Assembly (NCBI GenBank): GCA_021323595.1
Contig: JAJPKR010000028.1
Coordinates: 3,762 to 67,761, forward strand
Source: Terriglobia bacterium
GTDB taxonomy: Bacteria; Acidobacteriota; Terriglobia; Terriglobales; SCQP01
Reading direction: 5' to 3'
Length of the DNA stretch: 64,000 nt
Position 1 is the first letter of the stretch, and each line of letters starts with the position of its first letter. The translations under genes were made by a program, and so were the position numbers. This document shows, piece by piece, positions 22,906-31,210 of this stretch. Under the pieces are notes generated by a model. That model saw nothing but the letters and a program-made list of their open reading frames with translations. It made no database searches and was not told the DNA's origin.

Positions 22906-23565
22906 TTGGGACACTTAACCCGTCTTTTTCTGCATTTCGAGCTATTTTTCCTCGGGCTGGGCCCGCTCGGCTTGTTCCTCATGAGCATCGAGGATTCGGC
23001 CGGAATCGCGCTGGTGCCGGAAATCCTCATGGTGGATCTCACCCTCCACCATCCCCACCGCATGTTCGAGTACATCCTGATCACGGTGGCGGGGACGGTG
23101 ATCGGCAGCCTCATCCTATTTTTTATCGCCCGGGAGCTGGGCCTGCACTGGGTGGAGAAGCACATGTCGCCGGAGCGGTTTCACCGCATCCATCGCTGGT
23201 TCGAACGCAACGAGCTTGTGGCGGTGGCGGTGCCGGCGGTGGCGCCGCCGCCGGTGCCTTTCAAACTGTTCGTGCTCGTCGCCGGCTTATTCGAGATGTC
23301 CTGGCTGCACTTCATCGGCGCGATGGCCGCGGCTCGCTTCGTGCGCTATTACCTCGAGGCCTGGCTGGCGTTGCGCTACGGACCGCAAGCCGAGCAGTTT
23401 TTCCAGCACCATCCGGAGGTGCTGGTCGCGGTGGTGGCCGCGCTCTTTATCGCTGCGTTCTTAATCGGCCGCTGGCGGGAAAGGCGCAATCACGCGCGCC
23501 GTCCTAACGCCTCCCATCCCGATTCGCAGCCCCCCTCGCCCGCCCCCGTCGGCCATCGGCAGTGA
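22906..23565 (+). CDS. DedA / SNARE-associated (VTT domain) family membrane protein (YqaA-like)
   Basis: Polytopic protein. FLMSIEDSAGIALVPE ... VAVPAVAPPPVPFKLFVLVAGL resembles the VTT re-entrant-loop motifs. Confidence 0.6.
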   Translation: MGHLTRLFLHFELFFLGLGPLGLFLMSIEDSAGIALVPEILMVDLTLHHPHRMFEYILITVAGTVIGSLILFFIARELGLHWVEKHMSPERFHRIHRWFERNELVAVAVPAVAPPPVPFKLFVLVAGLFEMSWLHFIGAMAAARFVRYYLEAWLALRYGPQAEQFFQHHPEVLVAVVAALFIAAFLIGRWRERRNHARRPNASHPDSQPPSPAPVGHRQ

Positions 23566-23616
23566 GGCCGCTCCGCGGCCTGCCGGCGGCGCTGGTCGCC
23601 TGATACTCTATCGCCC

Positions 23617-24717
23617 ATGGCTCGTACTTGGCTCGTACTGGCGGCGCTCGCCGCATTCGCCGCGGCATTGGGTGCGCAATCGAAGCCCTATCCCGCGCCT
23701 CGGCCGGGCGACTTCGTGCTTCATAACTATCGGTTCGCCTCCGGCGAGACGCTGCCCACCTTGCGGTTGCACTATTACACGCTGGGCGCCCCGCGCCGCG
23801 ATGCCGCCGGCCGCGTCACCAACGCCGTCTTGGTGCTGCACGGCACCGGCGGCTCCGGCCGCAACTTCCTGAATCCGCGCTTTGCGGGCGTGCTCTTCGC
23901 TCCCGGCGAGCTGCTCGATGCCGCGCGCTATTTCCTCATCCTGCCCGACGACGTCGGCCACGGCGGTTCCAGCAAGCCGAGCGACGGCCTGCGCGCACGC
24001 TTCCCGCATTACACCTACACCGACATGGTGCGGCTGGAACACGCGCTGGTCACGCAAGTCCTCGGCGTCAATCATTTGCGCCTGGTCATGGGCACCTCGA
24101 TGGGCTGCATGCATAGCTGGATGTGGGGTGAGATGTATCCCGACTTCGAGGACGGCCTGGTGCCTCTCGCCTGCTTGCCGGAGCCGATCGCCGGCCGCAA
24201 TCGCATCATGCGCGACCTGATCCATGACGCCATCGTCAACGATCCCGGCTACGACGGCGGCAATTACAAGACCGAGCCCGCCGGCCTGCTCACCGCCGCG
24301 CAGTTCGAATGGATCATGGTCAGCGCGCCGCGGTATTGGCGGCGCTTAGCGCCCACGGGCGCCGCCGCCGACGCCATGCTGGCGCGCTTCAATCGCGGCG
24401 TGCGCGCGCGCATGGCCTCGGGCCGGCTCGACGCCAACGATCTGCTATACGCCTTCGCTGCTTCCCGCGACTACGATCCCGCGCCGCGGCTGGGCACGAT
24501 TCGCGCCCATGTGCTGGCGATCAACTCCGCCGACGATTTCGTCAACCCGCCCGGCCTCGGCATCATGCCCCGCGATATCGCCCGCGTGCCGCACGGCGAG
24601 TTCGTGCTGCTGCCCGTCACCGACGCCACCCGCGGCCACGGCACGCACAGCCTGCCCGCCGTCTGGGGCGGCTACCTGGCCCGCTTCCTCGCGGCCTTGC
24701 CTGCTAAACTGAATTGA
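23617..24717 (+). CDS. Secreted alpha/beta hydrolase (homoserine O-acetyltransferase-like fold)
   Basis: Signal peptide, oxyanion LHGTGGSG, nucleophile elbow GTSMGC, C-terminal GHGTH. Confidence 0.8.
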   Translation: MARTWLVLAALAAFAAALGAQSKPYPAPRPGDFVLHNYRFASGETLPTLRLHYYTLGAPRRDAAGRVTNAVLVLHGTGGSGRNFLNPRFAGVLFAPGELLDAARYFLILPDDVGHGGSSKPSDGLRARFPHYTYTDMVRLEHALVTQVLGVNHLRLVMGTSMGCMHSWMWGEMYPDFEDGLVPLACLPEPIAGRNRIMRDLIHDAIVNDPGYDGGNYKTEPAGLLTAAQFEWIMVSAPRYWRRLAPTGAAADAMLARFNRGVRARMASGRLDANDLLYAFAASRDYDPAPRLGTIRAHVLAINSADDFVNPPGLGIMPRDIARVPHGEFVLLPVTDATRGHGTHSLPAVWGGYLARFLAALPAKLN

Positions 24718-24758
24718 GCGCTCCGCGCCCCCGCGCGGCGGCGCTTCCCGCCCAGCGC

Positions 24759-24836
24759 GTCCCCGTCGTCTAGCCCGGCCTAGGACATCGCCCTTTCACG
24801 GCGGTAACGCGGGTTCGAATCCCGCCGGGGACGCCA
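24759..24836 (+). tRNA. tRNA-Glu (anticodon UUC), CCA encoded
   Basis: GTCCCCG TC GTC-TAGCCCGGCCTA-GGAC A TCGCC CTTTCAC GGCGG TAAC GCGGG TTCGAAT CCCGC CGGGGAC G CCA folds as a cloverleaf and is near-colinear with E. coli tRNA-Glu. Confidence 0.95.
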
Positions 24837-24867
24837 ACTGAACTAGCCGCCCGGGCGAATCCTGTGC

Positions 24868-24999
24868 GGAGCTCAGCATGACGTTCTTCCGTCGTATCGA
24901 GCCGTCGCCCTGAACCTCTCGCCATCGGAAATCCCAAACCTCGCCCTCGCTGCGCTCCACCAACTTCAAACTTCCCTCCGGAAAGCTCGTGCGCCCCAT
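24868..24999 (-). pseudogene. Possible N-terminal remnant of a tyrosine-recombinase (phage-type integrase) gene
   Basis: Within ORF 24796..25086: MGRTSFPEGSLKLVERSEGEVWDFRWREVQGDGSIRRKNVMLSS resembles integrase arm-binding N-termini (G-S-[IL]-K...G..W.FRWRE...DG..R.K.V.L). The reading frame then runs into the tRNA-Glu antisense. No catalytic domain is present. Confidence 0.3.
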
Positions 25000-25235
25000 G
25001 GTTTTTCTCCGAGGCTGCACGGGCGGCTCTCTCGGGAGCGTAGTGTGCCGTGCGGAGGCCGTTGAGCCGCTTGCGCTGCAATTCAAACTGACGCTACGAA
25101 CGGCGCCGAGAAGTGTCCAAGATTTCCGCGGACGCGATCCACAAGGGCCAGCTTTGAGCGGCGCCCGCCCGAGATACGTGCCGCACGTGATCTCACTGCG
25201 GGCAATGTGCAGCCCGAAGCGGGACAGACCCGTGC

Positions 25236-26252
25236 CTAATTCACTTCGTAGACGTAAACGGCGCCGGCGGCGCCGCCGTGCGGCGGAATCGTCACGTAAA
25301 GCCGGTCAAGTTGCGGTACCAGCACTTCGTTCTTCCCGCCGGGCGCGGAGGCCACAGTAGTCAGTGAACGGTACTGATCCGGACTTTCTTCCTGATACAC
25401 CGCGATCGCGCCGGAGCCGCTGCCGCAACTAGCGTAAAGCCGCTGACGTGCCGCGTCGAAGATGAGGTCGTCAATGCCGGTCGGTATCGGCAAGGCTCGC
25501 AACTGCTTGCCGGTTTGCGTGTCGAACACCACGATTGCGCCGCCGCGGCAGCCAATGAACAAGCGGTGATGGGCCTCGTCCAGCGCCATGGCTACGTTTT
25601 CCCTGGAAAGCGTTACCGGCCAATTGGCGACGATGCGGTGCGTCGTGCGGTCGACAATCGTGATCTGGTTCTTCGCGCGGTTATTGATGTAGATGAGCGG
25701 GCTCTGGCGCGCGAGGGCCATCGCCTCGAGCGTATCGCCGTCGATCTTGATTTGCCAGGCCATCCTGCCGGTGGCGGTGTCGATGGCGCTAAAAATGGAA
25801 AAGGACTCGCCCGCATCGCCGCCGCCATTGTCCACATAGAGGACGCCGGTCGCGCGATCGAAGGCAATGGAATCGGCATCCTTCTTTAATGGCACGGTGG
25901 CCAGCAGTGCATAGGTACGAGCATTGTAAATACGGACCGCCCCCGCGCCGCCGTCCGTGACGAAGATGCGGCCCAACCGCGGTCGCACCAAAACGGCATG
26001 CGGTATGCCGATGCCGGGGATCGCTCGCTCGTACCGGCCGGTGCGCAGATTGAATACCAGCACTTCATGCGCGCTCTCGGCGGCAAGAAAAAGCCGGTTG
26101 CTTGCCGGATCGGCAGCGAGATGGTCGAAGCGGCCCGTCACCGAAGCCGGCATCCGAAACTTGGCCGCCAAGCGCAGCGGCGGCACGGCAGCCGCCGCTA
26201 GGCAGAGCGCGCCAGCGCAGGCCGCACTTCGAGTCCACGATCTCACCGGCAT
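25236..26252 (-). CDS. Secreted YncE/YVTN-type beta-propeller repeat protein
   Basis: Signal peptide. Repeated about 40-aa units with the pattern hydrophobic-x-V/I-x-D...G.V.V(F/Y)(N/D) (LFLAAESAHEVLVFNLRTG, IFVTDGGAGAVRIYNARTY, LYVDNGGG, IYINNRAKNQITIVDRTTH, LFIGCRGGAIVVFDTQTG, LYASCGSGSGAIAVY). GC is visibly lower than in the neighbours. Confidence 0.65.
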   Translation of the reverse strand: MPVRSWTRSAACAGALCLAAAAVPPLRLAAKFRMPASVTGRFDHLAADPASNRLFLAAESAHEVLVFNLRTGRYERAIPGIGIPHAVLVRPRLGRIFVTDGGAGAVRIYNARTYALLATVPLKKDADSIAFDRATGVLYVDNGGGDAGESFSIFSAIDTATGRMAWQIKIDGDTLEAMALARQSPLIYINNRAKNQITIVDRTTHRIVANWPVTLSRENVAMALDEAHHRLFIGCRGGAIVVFDTQTGKQLRALPIPTGIDDLIFDAARQRLYASCGSGSGAIAVYQEESPDQYRSLTTVASAPGGKNEVLVPQLDRLYVTIPPHGGAAGAVYVYEVN

Positions 26253-26460
26253 GTGAAACGGCCCTCTCTCGAATTGCTCGGATTCATTGTACTTGGGATC
26301 AGCGCTGCGGCAGGCGGGACTTCCCGGAATGAGTCAGACCATGCTCCGCTGCTGACTTTAGCCGCACGCAATCAGCTCCGTCGGATCTGCCGGCACCGAC
26401 GGCACGGCGTGACCCTGGCGGCGCGGTCGCGCTACCATCCGGCTAGCGGGCGAGAGCTTC

Positions 26461-27861
26461 ATGACCGGATCTTGGGTCTTAGTCGCGTGGCTGGGCATGG
26501 CGACCGTGGCGAGCGGGCCGGCGCTGCCGCCGCTGCCGGCGGTGCGCTATGACAGTCCCTATCCCGCCATTCGCGCCGAGCTGCAGCGGGCGGAAGCGGC
26601 GGCGCGGGCGCGTCCGCTCGATGCCGCCGCCAACGGCCGCCTGGCGATGACGCTGGACGCGTACCAGCAGTACGGCGCCGCGGCGGTCTGTTACCGCCGC
26701 GCGCACCGGCTCGACCCCAGCCGCTTCGCCTGGATCTACGACCTGGCCTTCGTCGAGAGCCGGCAGGGACGCTATGCCGAGGCCGCCGCCGCCTTCCGCG
26801 AGTCCCTGCGCCGCCGCCCGGACTATCTTCCCGCGCGCCTGCACCTGGCCGAGACCTTGCGGGCCGAGGGCCGGCTCGGGGAGAGCGCCGCGCTCTACGA
26901 CGCGATTCTCCGCGAACATGCCGGCGACGCGCGCGCCTACTTCGGACGCGGCCAGGTCGCCGCCGCCGCCGGCGATGCCGCCGCCGCCCTGCGGGACTTC
27001 ACGCGCGCTTGCGCGCTCTTCCCCGCTTACGGCCGCGCGCACTATGCGCTAGCGCTGGCCTACCGCCGTTTGGGCCGCTCCCAGCAAGCGGCGGCGGAGA
27101 TGGCGGCCTTCCAGGCCGGCCGGGATCGCGAACCGCCCGCCGCCGATCCCGAGCGCGCCGCCGTGCTGGCGCTCGATCACACGCCGCAGAGCTACCTCGA
27201 GCGCGCCAAAGTGCGGGCGCAGGCGGGCGACTTGGCGGGCGCCGTCGCCGCCGAGGAAGAGGCCGCGCGCATCGAGCCCCGCCTGGCCGACGCCTATGTC
27301 AATTTGATCGAGCTCTACGCGCGCCTCGGCGAGAACGACAAAGCCGAAGCCGCCTACCAGACGGCGGTGAAGCTCGATCCCAAGCGCGCCGACTGCTACT
27401 ACAACCATGGCGTCCTGCTGTTCCGCGAAGGCCAATTCGACGCCGCCGCCGCGGCCTTCCGCCAAGCTCTCGCGCTCGATCCCAACGATCCGGAGGCGCT
27501 CAACAATCTTGGATTCCTGCTGGCGCGGCAGGGCGACGCCGCCGGCGCCGAGGCCGCGTTCGGCAAGGCCATCGCCGCCAGGCCGGGCTACCGGCTGGCC
27601 CGCTTTCATCTCGGCCAGCTCTTGGTGGCGCAAGGCCGCTATGCCGAGGCCATCGCGCAATTTCGCCAAATCCTCGCGCCCGACGACGCGCAGACCCCGG
27701 CGTACTTGTACGCCTTGGGCGCGACCTACGCGCGCGCCGGCCAGCCGGTTCAGGCCCGCGCCGCCTTGCGCCAAGCGCAGGAAGACGCCCGCCGCCACGG
27801 CCAAGGCGCCCTGGCCGAGTCCATCGCCGCCGATCTGCGCCGGCTCGAAGCGGCGCGGTAG
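26461..27861 (+). CDS. Tetratricopeptide-repeat (TPR) protein
   Basis: About 10 consecutive 34-aa TPR-like units (e.g. AYFGRGQVAAAAGDAAAALRDFTRACALFPAYGRA, CYYNHGVLLFREGQFDAAAAAFRQALALDPNDPEA). Confidence 0.8.
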   Translation: MTGSWVLVAWLGMATVASGPALPPLPAVRYDSPYPAIRAELQRAEAAARARPLDAAANGRLAMTLDAYQQYGAAAVCYRRAHRLDPSRFAWIYDLAFVESRQGRYAEAAAAFRESLRRRPDYLPARLHLAETLRAEGRLGESAALYDAILREHAGDARAYFGRGQVAAAAGDAAAALRDFTRACALFPAYGRAHYALALAYRRLGRSQQAAAEMAAFQAGRDREPPAADPERAAVLALDHTPQSYLERAKVRAQAGDLAGAVAAEEEAARIEPRLADAYVNLIELYARLGENDKAEAAYQTAVKLDPKRADCYYNHGVLLFREGQFDAAAAAFRQALALDPNDPEALNNLGFLLARQGDAAGAEAAFGKAIAARPGYRLARFHLGQLLVAQGRYAEAIAQFRQILAPDDAQTPAYLYALGATYARAGQPVQARAALRQAQEDARRHGQGALAESIAADLRRLEAAR

Positions 27862-27936
27862 CGGCGGGCGGCGCGCTGCCGCGCAACATCGCCAAAACCC
27901 CCGGCGCCGCTCGGCTCGCTCGGGCGCGATCGGCGC

Positions 27937-27966
27937 TTGACTTGCGCCGCCGTATCTGAGCACAAT
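27937..27966 (+). promoter_or_regulatory. Candidate sigma70-type promoter of the Tat-leader sugar operon
   Basis: TTGACT (27937-27942), 18 nt spacer, CACAAT (27961-27966), 34 nt before the ATG at 28000. Confidence 0.35.
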
Positions 27967-27999
27967 GCGCCTGAATCCGACAAGAATCGAGCCTAAACG

Positions 28000-28953
28000 A
28001 TGAATTCCGAAAATCGCCGTGAGTTCCTCAAACGCACCGCCGCCGCCGCGCTGGCGGCCCAGGTGTTGCCCGTTGCCGCCCGCGCGGCGGCGCCCGCGGC
28101 GGCGGGAGCCGCGCAGGCCGAGGCGGCCGGCCGACCCGCGCCGTTCGCGCTGGGCGTGATCACCGGCCTCGGCAACGATCCGGCGGCGGCGATCGCGCGG
28201 GTCAAGGCGCTGGAGATGCCCACCTGCCAGGTCGAGCTCGGCGAGCTCGATCCGGAGCGCATCCGCCAGCTCGGCGATGCGTTGCGCGCCAATGACATCG
28301 TTTGCACGGCGCTTGGCACTTCCGGCCCCGGTCCCGACATTTACGACTTCTATAACGGCCCGCTGACGCTGGGCTTGGTGCCGCGGACCTTTCGCGCCCA
28401 GCGCATCGAGAAGATCCTCCAGCTCTCCGATTACGCCAAGCAGCTCGGCGTGCCGGCGATTCGCATTCACGTCGGCTTCATCCCGGAGGATCCCAATCTG
28501 CTGCTGTATCGCGAAGTCATCGAGGCGCTGCGGCAAGTCGTCGGCTACTGCCGCCGCAACGGCCAGGACTTTCTCTACGAGACGGGCACGGAGTCGCCGG
28601 TGACCCTCCTGCGCGCGATCGAAGACGTCGGCTTCGACAATCAAGGCGTCAACCTCGACACCGGCAATTTCATTCTTTACGGCAAGGCCAATCCCGTGGA
28701 TGCGCTCGACATGATCGGCAAGTACGTCAAGAACACCCACGCCAAGGACGGCCTCTATCCGACCGGCACGCGCGAGCTCGGTCAGGAGGTGGCGATTCCG
28801 CACGGCAAGGTGGATTTCCCGCGTCTGATCGCGCGCCTCAAGGAGCTGAACTACCAAGGGCCGATCACCATCGAGCGCGAAATCTCGGGGCCGCAGCAAA
28901 TGGCAGACGTGAGGGCGGAGCGTGACTATCTGCGGCGCCTGATCGCGGCGTAG
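28000..28953 (+). CDS. Tat-exported xylose-isomerase-like TIM-barrel protein (sugar phosphate isomerase/epimerase family)
   Basis: Consensus Tat leader NRREFLKRTAAAALA. Also IRIHVGF, YETGTES, GVNLDTGNF, ITIERE, i.e. metal-ligand style motifs of the AP-endonuclease-2/xylose-isomerase-like TIM fold. Confidence 0.8.
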   Translation: MNSENRREFLKRTAAAALAAQVLPVAARAAAPAAAGAAQAEAAGRPAPFALGVITGLGNDPAAAIARVKALEMPTCQVELGELDPERIRQLGDALRANDIVCTALGTSGPGPDIYDFYNGPLTLGLVPRTFRAQRIEKILQLSDYAKQLGVPAIRIHVGFIPEDPNLLLYREVIEALRQVVGYCRRNGQDFLYETGTESPVTLLRAIEDVGFDNQGVNLDTGNFILYGKANPVDALDMIGKYVKNTHAKDGLYPTGTRELGQEVAIPHGKVDFPRLIARLKELNYQGPITIEREISGPQQMADVRAERDYLRRLIAA

Positions 28954-28967
28954 GCAAGGAGAGGAAC

Positions 28968-30266
28968 ATGAGCGCAACGAAAACTGCCATCACCCGGCGG
29001 GACTTCATCGGACAGACGGCGGCGGCCACGGCCGCGGCGGCGGGCTTTTTGATCGTGAAGCCGCAGCAGGTGCGCGGCAGCCAGGCCAATTCCGCGCTGC
29101 GCGTCGGGCTGCTCGGCTGCGGCGGCCGCGGCCACGCCGACACCAGCTATCTGCTCAAGACCGGCAAGTGCCGGGTCACCGCCCTGGCCGACTTGTTCCA
29201 AGATCAGTTGGATAAGGCCAAGCAGGCCTACGACGCGCTGAACCAGCAGCAGGGCTTCGGCGCCGTCCCTTCTTCGCAAATGTTTCGCGGCCCGCGCGCC
29301 TTCGAGGCCATCGCCGACTCGCGCGAGGTGGACGTGGTCGTGATCACCACGCCGCCCTACTTCCACCCGCAGCATCTCGACGCCGTGGTCACGGCCGGCA
29401 AGCACGTCTACTGCGAGAAGCCGGTCGCCGTGGATGTCGCAGGCTGCAACCGCGTGCTCGACTGCGGCCGCCGCGCCGACGGCCGGCTCAGCCTCGAAGT
29501 CGGCTTTCAGTTGCGCAACGCCCCGCCTTATGTCGAGCAGACCAAGCGCATTCAGGCGGGCGCGCTGGGCACGATCGCCTGCGGCGAGGGCTATTACTTC
29601 TCCAGCTATTTGCAGAGGCCGGCCTGGCCCGGCGCCTCGAACGACGAGCGCCTGATCCGCAATTGGGTGCACTATCGCATTCCCTCGGGCGACATCATCG
29701 TCGAGCAAAACATTCACGTCATCGACGTTTGGAATTGGGTGTTGGGCGCGCATCCGCTGCGCGCGCAGGCCGGCGGCGGCCGGGCGCCGTTCCGTCCCGA
29801 TCGCGGCAACGCGTACACCAACTACAACGTCATCTTCGAGTATCCCAACGGCGTCACCATGACGTTCAGCTCGACGCAGTTCGACAAGGGCTGGTGGGAC
29901 GTGGCGTGGCGCTTCTTCGGCGATAAGGGCACCTCCGAAGCGCATTACTCCGGTCCAGTGGCCATTTACGGCGACCAGCCCTGGCAGTGGCAGAGCGGCC
30001 CGGCGCCGGCTTCCGGCGGGGCTTTCTCGGCCACCGGCGAATTCACCGACAATCTGGCGCAAGCCGATCCGGAGAAAAAGGCGTCGTTCGTCGAAAGCAT
30101 CCTCAGCGGCAAATACCACAACCAAGCGGCGCAGGGCGTGGAGTCGGCGCTGAGCGCGATGCTGGCGCGCGAAGCCGCCTATCGCGGCGAGCCGGTGACC
30201 TGGGACGGCCTGGTGGGCAGCGGCCTGAGCTGGGATCTGCCGGTCAATCTCGCCCAGTTCGCGTAG
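28968..30266 (+). CDS. Tat-exported Gfo/Idh/MocA family NAD(P)-dependent oxidoreductase
   Basis: Tat leader TRRDFIGQTAAATAAAAG, Rossmann motif LRVGLLGCGGRG, family motif VYCEKPVA. Confidence 0.88.
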   Translation: MSATKTAITRRDFIGQTAAATAAAAGFLIVKPQQVRGSQANSALRVGLLGCGGRGHADTSYLLKTGKCRVTALADLFQDQLDKAKQAYDALNQQQGFGAVPSSQMFRGPRAFEAIADSREVDVVVITTPPYFHPQHLDAVVTAGKHVYCEKPVAVDVAGCNRVLDCGRRADGRLSLEVGFQLRNAPPYVEQTKRIQAGALGTIACGEGYYFSSYLQRPAWPGASNDERLIRNWVHYRIPSGDIIVEQNIHVIDVWNWVLGAHPLRAQAGGGRAPFRPDRGNAYTNYNVIFEYPNGVTMTFSSTQFDKGWWDVAWRFFGDKGTSEAHYSGPVAIYGDQPWQWQSGPAPASGGAFSATGEFTDNLAQADPEKKASFVESILSGKYHNQAAQGVESALSAMLAREAAYRGEPVTWDGLVGSGLSWDLPVNLAQFA

Positions 30267-30277
30267 GGACCGGACCC

Positions 30278-31210
30278 ATGGCGAACCATGCGACGCGGCG
30301 CGAATTCCTCAAAATTTCCGCTGGCTCGGCGCTTGCCGGAAGCGCGTTGGCCACCGCCGCCCGGGGCGACGAGCCGCTGCTCGCGGCGGCGCCGCCGCTG
30401 GGACCGGGACCGCTGCCGATCCAAAAAGGCGTGCTGATCAGCATGCTGCCGCGCCAGTTGAGCTATGTCGAGCGCTTTCGCTTGGCGCGCGCAGCGGGGT
30501 TCGCGGTCATCCAGGCGCAGACGATCTCGGATCCCGCCGAGGCCGAGGCGATTGGCCGCGCCTCGCGCGAGGCCGGCATTCCCATCGATTCGGTCGAGAA
30601 TCTCGGCCACTGGCGCTATCCCTTCAGTTCCGCCGATCCGGCGGTGGCCGAGCAGGGCATGGAGATCGCTCGCACCTCGCTGCGCAACGCCAAGCTTTGG
30701 GGCGCGGGCGCGGTGTTGATGGTCGCGGGCGTGGTCAATCCGGAAACCCGTTACGAAGAGGCGTGGCGGCGCTCGGTGCCGCGCATTCGCGAGCTGGCCG
30801 AACTGGCCGGGCAGTTGCGGGTCGTGATCGCGCTCGAGGAGGTGTGGAGCAAGTTCTTGCTGAGCCCGCTCGAGATGGCGCGCTATATCGATCAGTTCCA
30901 CAGCCCCTGGGTGCGGTCGTGGTTCGACGTGGGCAACGTCGTGCTCTACGGCTATCCGCAGGATTGGATCCGCACGCTGGGTTCGCGCATCGCCCGCCTG
31001 CACGTAAAGGACTTCAAGCTCACCGGCAACTGCTACCATTGGGTGAATCTGGGCGAGGGCGCGGTGGATTGGCCGGCGGTGCGGGAAGCGCTGCGCGCGG
31101 TGGGCTTCCGCGGCTCGGCTACCTGCGAGTTGCCGGCCGGAGACGAGGCGTACTTGCGCGACGTCAGCAGCCGCATGAGCCGGCTGGTCGTGGGCGCGGA
31201 CACGGCGTGA
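30278..31210 (+). CDS. Tat-exported xylose-isomerase-like TIM-barrel protein (second copy, hydroxypyruvate-isomerase-like)
   Basis: Internal ATG of ORF 29987..31210. Tat leader TRREFLKISAGSALAG. Also VIALEEVW, WFDVGNV, LHVKDF. It starts 11 nt after the preceding gene. Confidence 0.8.
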   Translation: MANHATRREFLKISAGSALAGSALATAARGDEPLLAAAPPLGPGPLPIQKGVLISMLPRQLSYVERFRLARAAGFAVIQAQTISDPAEAEAIGRASREAGIPIDSVENLGHWRYPFSSADPAVAEQGMEIARTSLRNAKLWGAGAVLMVAGVVNPETRYEEAWRRSVPRIRELAELAGQLRVVIALEEVWSKFLLSPLEMARYIDQFHSPWVRSWFDVGNVVLYGYPQDWIRTLGSRIARLHVKDFKLTGNCYHWVNLGEGAVDWPAVREALRAVGFRGSATCELPAGDEAYLRDVSSRMSRLVVGADTA

